Positions 60,141 to 64,000 of a stretch of 64,000 bases of DNA are shown in pieces. The position numbers were made by a program, and so were the translations under genes. The notes below the pieces were generated by a model. That model was not told the origin of the DNA, did no database searches, and saw nothing but the letters and a program-made list of their open reading frames with translations. How positions within the stretch are numbered: the first letter of the stretch is position 1; each line of letters begins with the position of its first letter. Source of the stretch: Candidatus Bathyarchaeota archaeon (GTDB taxonomy: Archaea > Thermoproteota > Bathyarchaeia > Bathyarchaeales > Bathycorpusculaceae); assembly GCA_963715865.1 (NCBI GenBank), contig OY970280.1:352001-416000 (forward strand). The letters run 5' to 3'.

Positions 60141-61741
60141 TCCAAATAACTAACCCCTCAGACTTCAAAAGCTCAGATATGCCAACAAACCCGGGAGTTT
60201 ACCTTTTCAAAGACGAGCAAGGCGAAATCCTATACATCGGTAAAGCCAAAAGCCTGCGGGCGCGTGTCAAAAGCTACTTTTCAAACACAGACCAACCAGC
60301 GAAAACACGGCAGTTAGTTTCTAGGATTCGAAATATCGACTGGATTATTGTGAACAATGAGGTTGAAGCTTTGCTTTTGGAGAACAAGCTGGTTAAGCAG
60401 CACACGCCTAAGTATAATATTGACCTTAAGGATGCTAAAACCTACGCTTACATCTCACTCTCAAGAGAAGCTTTTCCGAGGATACTTACCAGCCGCAAAG
60501 TTTCACGCAAACTCGAATCCTTCGGACCCTACACTGACGGGTTTACAAGGCAGGATCTTCAGCGCTTAGTTGTAAGAGTATTCAAACTGCGCACTTGCAA
60601 GACGATGCCGAAACGCGCGTGCTTAAACTCTCACATTCACTTGTGCACTGCACCATGCATTGGAAACGTCACCGCTGAACAATACTTAGAGCAGGTTAAG
60701 CAAGCGCGCTCCTTTTTGAACGGAAACTATCAGCAAACAATCGAACAGCTCAAGTCTCAAATGCAGGCTGCCTCTGTAGAGCAGAAGTATGAAGGGGCCC
60801 TTGAGCTTCGCAACCAAATCGCTTCCATTAGGCTTTTGACGGAGCATCAGATTGTGGATAATGAGAGGCGGTTTGACCAGGACGTTTTGGTGTTCAAGCA
60901 GTTTGGCGAGAAAATGCTTGCTGTCCAGATGGGAGTGCGAAGAGGCGTTTTACTTGGCAAAAAAGAGTTCAGTGTTGACGTTCAGCCTCAGATTGAGCAG
61001 GAATTTTTGAAGGCTTTTTACACGACCAACCACATTCCGCGTGAGATATTGTTGAATAAGCCTTGTTGGCAAGGAACCGAAGAGAAAAAAGCCCTGGAAG
61101 AGTTCCTTTCAGCAAAAAGGTGTGCGCCTGTTTCGTTGACGATTCCCAGGCGAGCGGATAAACTTGCACTTGTAAAGCTTGCTGAGAAAAACCTTGAGTC
61201 CACCTTAGAAGTTGATAGTGCACTGGTTGATTTGCAGACTGAGTTTAATCTTCCAGTGTTGCCGCGCGTGATAGAGTGCTTTGACATTTCCAATTTGGGG
61301 CAGGAGCACGTGGTTTCAGGCATGGTAAGCTTCAAGGATGCGAAGCCTGACAAGAGTAACTACCGTAAATTCAAAATCAAAACTTTCGAGGGGCAGGACG
61401 ATTTCGCTGCCGTCAACGAAGTCGTCATGAGAAGGTACAGGCGTTTGATAGAAGAAAAAAGCCAACTGCCCGATTTAGTGGTTGTTGACGGAGGACCAGG
61501 GCAGGTTAGCGCTGCCAAAGCGGCTTTGCAATCGCTTGGGCTTCAGCTTCCGCTTATTGGTTTAGCTAAGGAGCATGAGGAAATTTATTTGCCTGATGAG
61601 TCTGCGCCTAGAAATTTTGATAAGAACAGTAGGATGATGCTTCTTTTGCGAAGGGTTCGTGATGCAGCTCATGAGTTTTCGCTGGGTTATAACCGAAAGA
61701 GAAGACAGATGAAAATCAAGGAAGAGTTCAAATCGGGTTAA
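60137..61741 (+). CDS. uvrC: Excinuclease ABC subunit C (no C-terminal HhH2)
   Basis: PGVYLF...YIGKAKSL GIY-YIG, UVR domain, ECFDISN, PDLVVVDGG, RDAAH. Confidence 0.95.
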   Translation: MIQITNPSDFKSSDMPTNPGVYLFKDEQGEILYIGKAKSLRARVKSYFSNTDQPAKTRQLVSRIRNIDWIIVNNEVEALLLENKLVKQHTPKYNIDLKDAKTYAYISLSREAFPRILTSRKVSRKLESFGPYTDGFTRQDLQRLVVRVFKLRTCKTMPKRACLNSHIHLCTAPCIGNVTAEQYLEQVKQARSFLNGNYQQTIEQLKSQMQAASVEQKYEGALELRNQIASIRLLTEHQIVDNERRFDQDVLVFKQFGEKMLAVQMGVRRGVLLGKKEFSVDVQPQIEQEFLKAFYTTNHIPREILLNKPCWQGTEEKKALEEFLSAKRCAPVSLTIPRRADKLALVKLAEKNLESTLEVDSALVDLQTEFNLPVLPRVIECFDISNLGQEHVVSGMVSFKDAKPDKSNYRKFKIKTFEGQDDFAAVNEVVMRRYRRLIEEKSQLPDLVVVDGGPGQVSAAKAALQSLGLQLPLIGLAKEHEEIYLPDESAPRNFDKNSRMMLLLRRVRDAAHEFSLGYNRKRRQMKIKEEFKSG

Positions 61742-61833
61742 CTTGCCAATCTAATTAAAAAATAGAAACGCGTGGTTTTCTATAAATCGCAAATAAGCTG
61801 CGCAAAATTTTTACATGGCTATTTTGACGATGG

Positions 61834-61864
61834 TGGCGGGCCCGACGGGAATTGAACCCGCGGG
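61834..61864 (-). other. tRNA 3' fragment ending in CCA, probable attachment site
   Basis: CCCGCGGGTTCAATTCCCGTCGGGCCCGCCA: T arm, acceptor strand, discriminator G and CCA; no 5' half upstream. Confidence 0.75.
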
Positions 61865-61987
61865 TATAGTTGATTTGGCGAAAGCGCTGGTTGGGACTCA
61901 TGAACGAAACGCTAAGGATCCTGAGTATTTCTCAATTTTATGTATCTACCTTAAAAGTTTTTAAGGGTTGTTATATAAGTAACTACT

Positions 61988-62617
61988 ATGAAAAAGTTAA
62001 CGCGGTACATCTTATCAAAATTTGGCGGAAACGTAGCAACCAAAGACGAAATAAAAGAAGCCTGTAAACGCTTTGATTCCGACCCGGACAGCACGACAAA
62101 TTTCATGATATCATACGGGTATCTCGTGAGAATTCTTAGAGGACTCTATTACGTAAAGACCGTGGAAGAGTTTGAGCTTAAGAAATCGCCAGGTGCTTAT
62201 AAAATTCTTTTCCTCGGCCTAAATAAGCTTAAGGTCAAATGGTACTTTGGACTATACACCGGTTTAAGACTTAACGGTTTAACACATGAATTCTTTGATA
62301 CAATTTTCGTTCTCAACGACCAGATTTATCGTCCTAAAGCGATAAAAATAGCAGGAGAAAAGGTCAAATTTGTCAAGTTGACAGGCAAACTCGTTGAGTT
62401 TGGCATAGTGAACGAAGATTATAAAAGATTTTCCGATGTTGAAAAGACTCTTCTGGACCTCATTTACATTTCTAGGTATCGTTCTGTTCCAGAAGGAAGA
62501 ATAACTTCCATGATTGAGGAACATAAGGAAGAAGTGCGAACCGCCAAAGTTTTAGATTACTTGAGGTTTTATCCCAAAGCGGTAGAAAAGGTGGTTAAAT
62601 CTGCTGGACTTATCTGA
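61988..62617 (+). CDS. AbiEi-like (type IV TA antitoxin) predicted transcriptional regulator
   Basis: N-terminal wHTH, LVRILRGLYYV, WYFGLYTGL, SDVEKTLLD; upstream of the AbiEii gene. Confidence 0.7.
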   Translation: MKKLTRYILSKFGGNVATKDEIKEACKRFDSDPDSTTNFMISYGYLVRILRGLYYVKTVEEFELKKSPGAYKILFLGLNKLKVKWYFGLYTGLRLNGLTHEFFDTIFVLNDQIYRPKAIKIAGEKVKFVKLTGKLVEFGIVNEDYKRFSDVEKTLLDLIYISRYRSVPEGRITSMIEEHKEEVRTAKVLDYLRFYPKAVEKVVKSAGLI

Positions 62618-62663
62618 GTTTGTTGCTTTCGTTGCTGAGAAATCAGGTATTGAAAAGCTAAGC

Positions 62664-63509
62664 TTGATAGAAAAAGACTTGACGATTCACAGAATGCTGA
62701 AAGACCTATATGATTCGAGGCATTTTGCTGAAAACTACCTCTTTAAGGGAGGCAGTTGTTTAGTCAAATGCTACTTCGGCTATTATCGATTCAGCGTTGA
62801 CTTAGATTTTACTTGGCAAGATCAAAAAGCGTGGCTAAACCTGGGAAAATACCAACTGAGAAGGCGCCTCCTTGAAGAAATAAGGAACATGGGCGCGTTA
62901 CTAGAAAATGCAGCTCAAGATATTGGTTTAGACTTTAAGAATGAACTGGAAAATGCAAAGTACTTTGAATTTGGCGGCGGCTGCAAAATGGTAACTTGTA
63001 AATTATGGAATAATACTGAGTTAACAAAAATACAAGTGAATTTCACCGATGAAATATTATTTCAACCCAAGATAGCCACTGTTAAGACATTATTAGAGAA
63101 CATTCCACTTTCAAAAGATGATACTGCCTATTTCAGGGAACAGTTAAGTTTTTACAAAACCTTCGCGGTGCAGGCATATGATGAAAAAGAAATTCTCTGC
63201 GAAAAAGTAAGGGCAGTACTCACGAGACGCGCGCGGAAATTGCGCGATTTCTATGATTTGTATATGCTTGAAAAATCAGGTTACAAAATCGAGGAACTGA
63301 GAGAACAAATTGTGGCAAAGGTAAACGCATGTCTGAACTACAAAAGGTATCGCGCAAATTTAGAGAGGAACATAAAATCGTTTGAATTATCACCCGTTTT
63401 GGAAGAGCCATTTGAAAGAGAACTATTTGTGGTTCAGCCGCCAAAGGATTTTGACTCCTTTCTCAAACGAGTACCCGATAGATTAGCCGACATTATGAAC
63501 GGAGTCTAA
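62664..63509 (+). CDS. AbiEii/AbiGii nucleotidyltransferase toxin
   Basis: IEKD, FKGGSCL, RFSVDLDF, EKVRA, RDFYDLY; true start probably near 62601-62604. Confidence 0.9.
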   Translation: MIEKDLTIHRMLKDLYDSRHFAENYLFKGGSCLVKCYFGYYRFSVDLDFTWQDQKAWLNLGKYQLRRRLLEEIRNMGALLENAAQDIGLDFKNELENAKYFEFGGGCKMVTCKLWNNTELTKIQVNFTDEILFQPKIATVKTLLENIPLSKDDTAYFREQLSFYKTFAVQAYDEKEILCEKVRAVLTRRARKLRDFYDLYMLEKSGYKIEELREQIVAKVNACLNYKRYRANLERNIKSFELSPVLEEPFERELFVVQPPKDFDSFLKRVPDRLADIMNGV

Positions 63510-63863
63510 ATCGATCCACACCAAAATTGGTTAAGACATCTTTCTTATAGCAGGGACCATAAAACTGTTTTTTGTGCATCGGAAAGTTTTGACTACATTG
63601 ATGCATGGAAAATCCCAAGTAACGGGAATTGAAAGTGACCGAAGCTATTGGGCTATGCTGGGACCTATGGAAGGGCGGCAGGCTACAGGGCAGGCCCTCG
63701 TGTATGGTGAGAGCGAACCTGCGTTTTTTCTCCTGCGGATGAAGAGGTGAAACCGGCGGAGGCGCCATTCTACGCGCGGATCGTTTCCCCTGCATCGCGT
63801 GTAGCCTAGCGCGGTTAGGGCTGCGTACAGGGTTTCCTCGTCTGCTCGGAAGTCTTTTCTCAT
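63493..63863 (-). pseudogene. Possible frameshifted small gene
   Basis: Two overlapping minus-strand ORFs (63645-63863 and 63493-63795) could be joined at an A6 run near 63724-63729. Confidence 0.25.
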
Positions 63864-63908
63864 TTCGGCTCTATCTAATGCTGTTTTGAATAAAAAGGGT
63901 TTGTGCGC

Positions 63909-64000
63909 TTAGGCTTCTCGAAGCTGCTTGTTGAAGTAGCGTTGGAGCAGTATGCCTACGGGAAGGGCGACTAGAATCATAACCATTATTAGGGCAACAA
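63909..64000 (-). CDS. 3' end of a membrane protein running off the window
   Basis: ...VALIMVMILVALPVGILLQRYFNKQLREA-stop. Confidence 0.5.
   Translation of the reverse strand, partial: VALIMVMILVALPVGILLQRYFNKQLREA

Noticed and set aside
61834-61920. Split-tRNA 3' half interpretation
   Set aside because: The fragment starts at the variable loop, and no anticodon-side sequence or obvious leader/BHB element is visible; an att scar is simpler

Overview
Archaeal chromosomal window, most likely Bathyarchaeia or a related TACK lineage. This is an inference from TFB, aIF1/SUI1, an archaeal MetRS, a single-OB SSB, an archaeal tRNA-Gln and FxLYD/Ig-like surface proteins. Housekeeping content: nrdR-nrdD-nrdG, 2-oxoacid:ferredoxin oxidoreductase alpha/beta, a tandem ferritin-like protein, tfb, aIF1, UDG, an ABC-2 exporter, peroxiredoxin, MetRS, glycosyltransferases, Pol IV plus a radical SAM protein, PncB, a thiolase-fold/DUF35-HMG-CoA synthase pair, SSB and uvrB(intein)-uvrA-uvrC. 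The most striking part is an accessory block at about 11.8-21.5 kb. It holds a TRAFAC-type GTPase, a GAP1-N-like partner, and four proteins that carry a PCI-like winged-helix module fused to different Ig-like, FxLYD or multi-TM modules. IS remnants are interleaved, and alternating (CG)n tracts sit at several junctions. Other oddities: a CysRS paralogue with a remodelled Zn site, a thiolase lacking its catalytic residues, a 537-aa UvrB intein with an HTH insert, a four-copy head-to-head 12-14 bp motif, an unannotated 44-aa 9-Cys ORF, two tRNA 3' fragments (att-like) and an AbiE-type toxin-antitoxin pair. All family assignments come from motif recognition by eye; no database searches were run.
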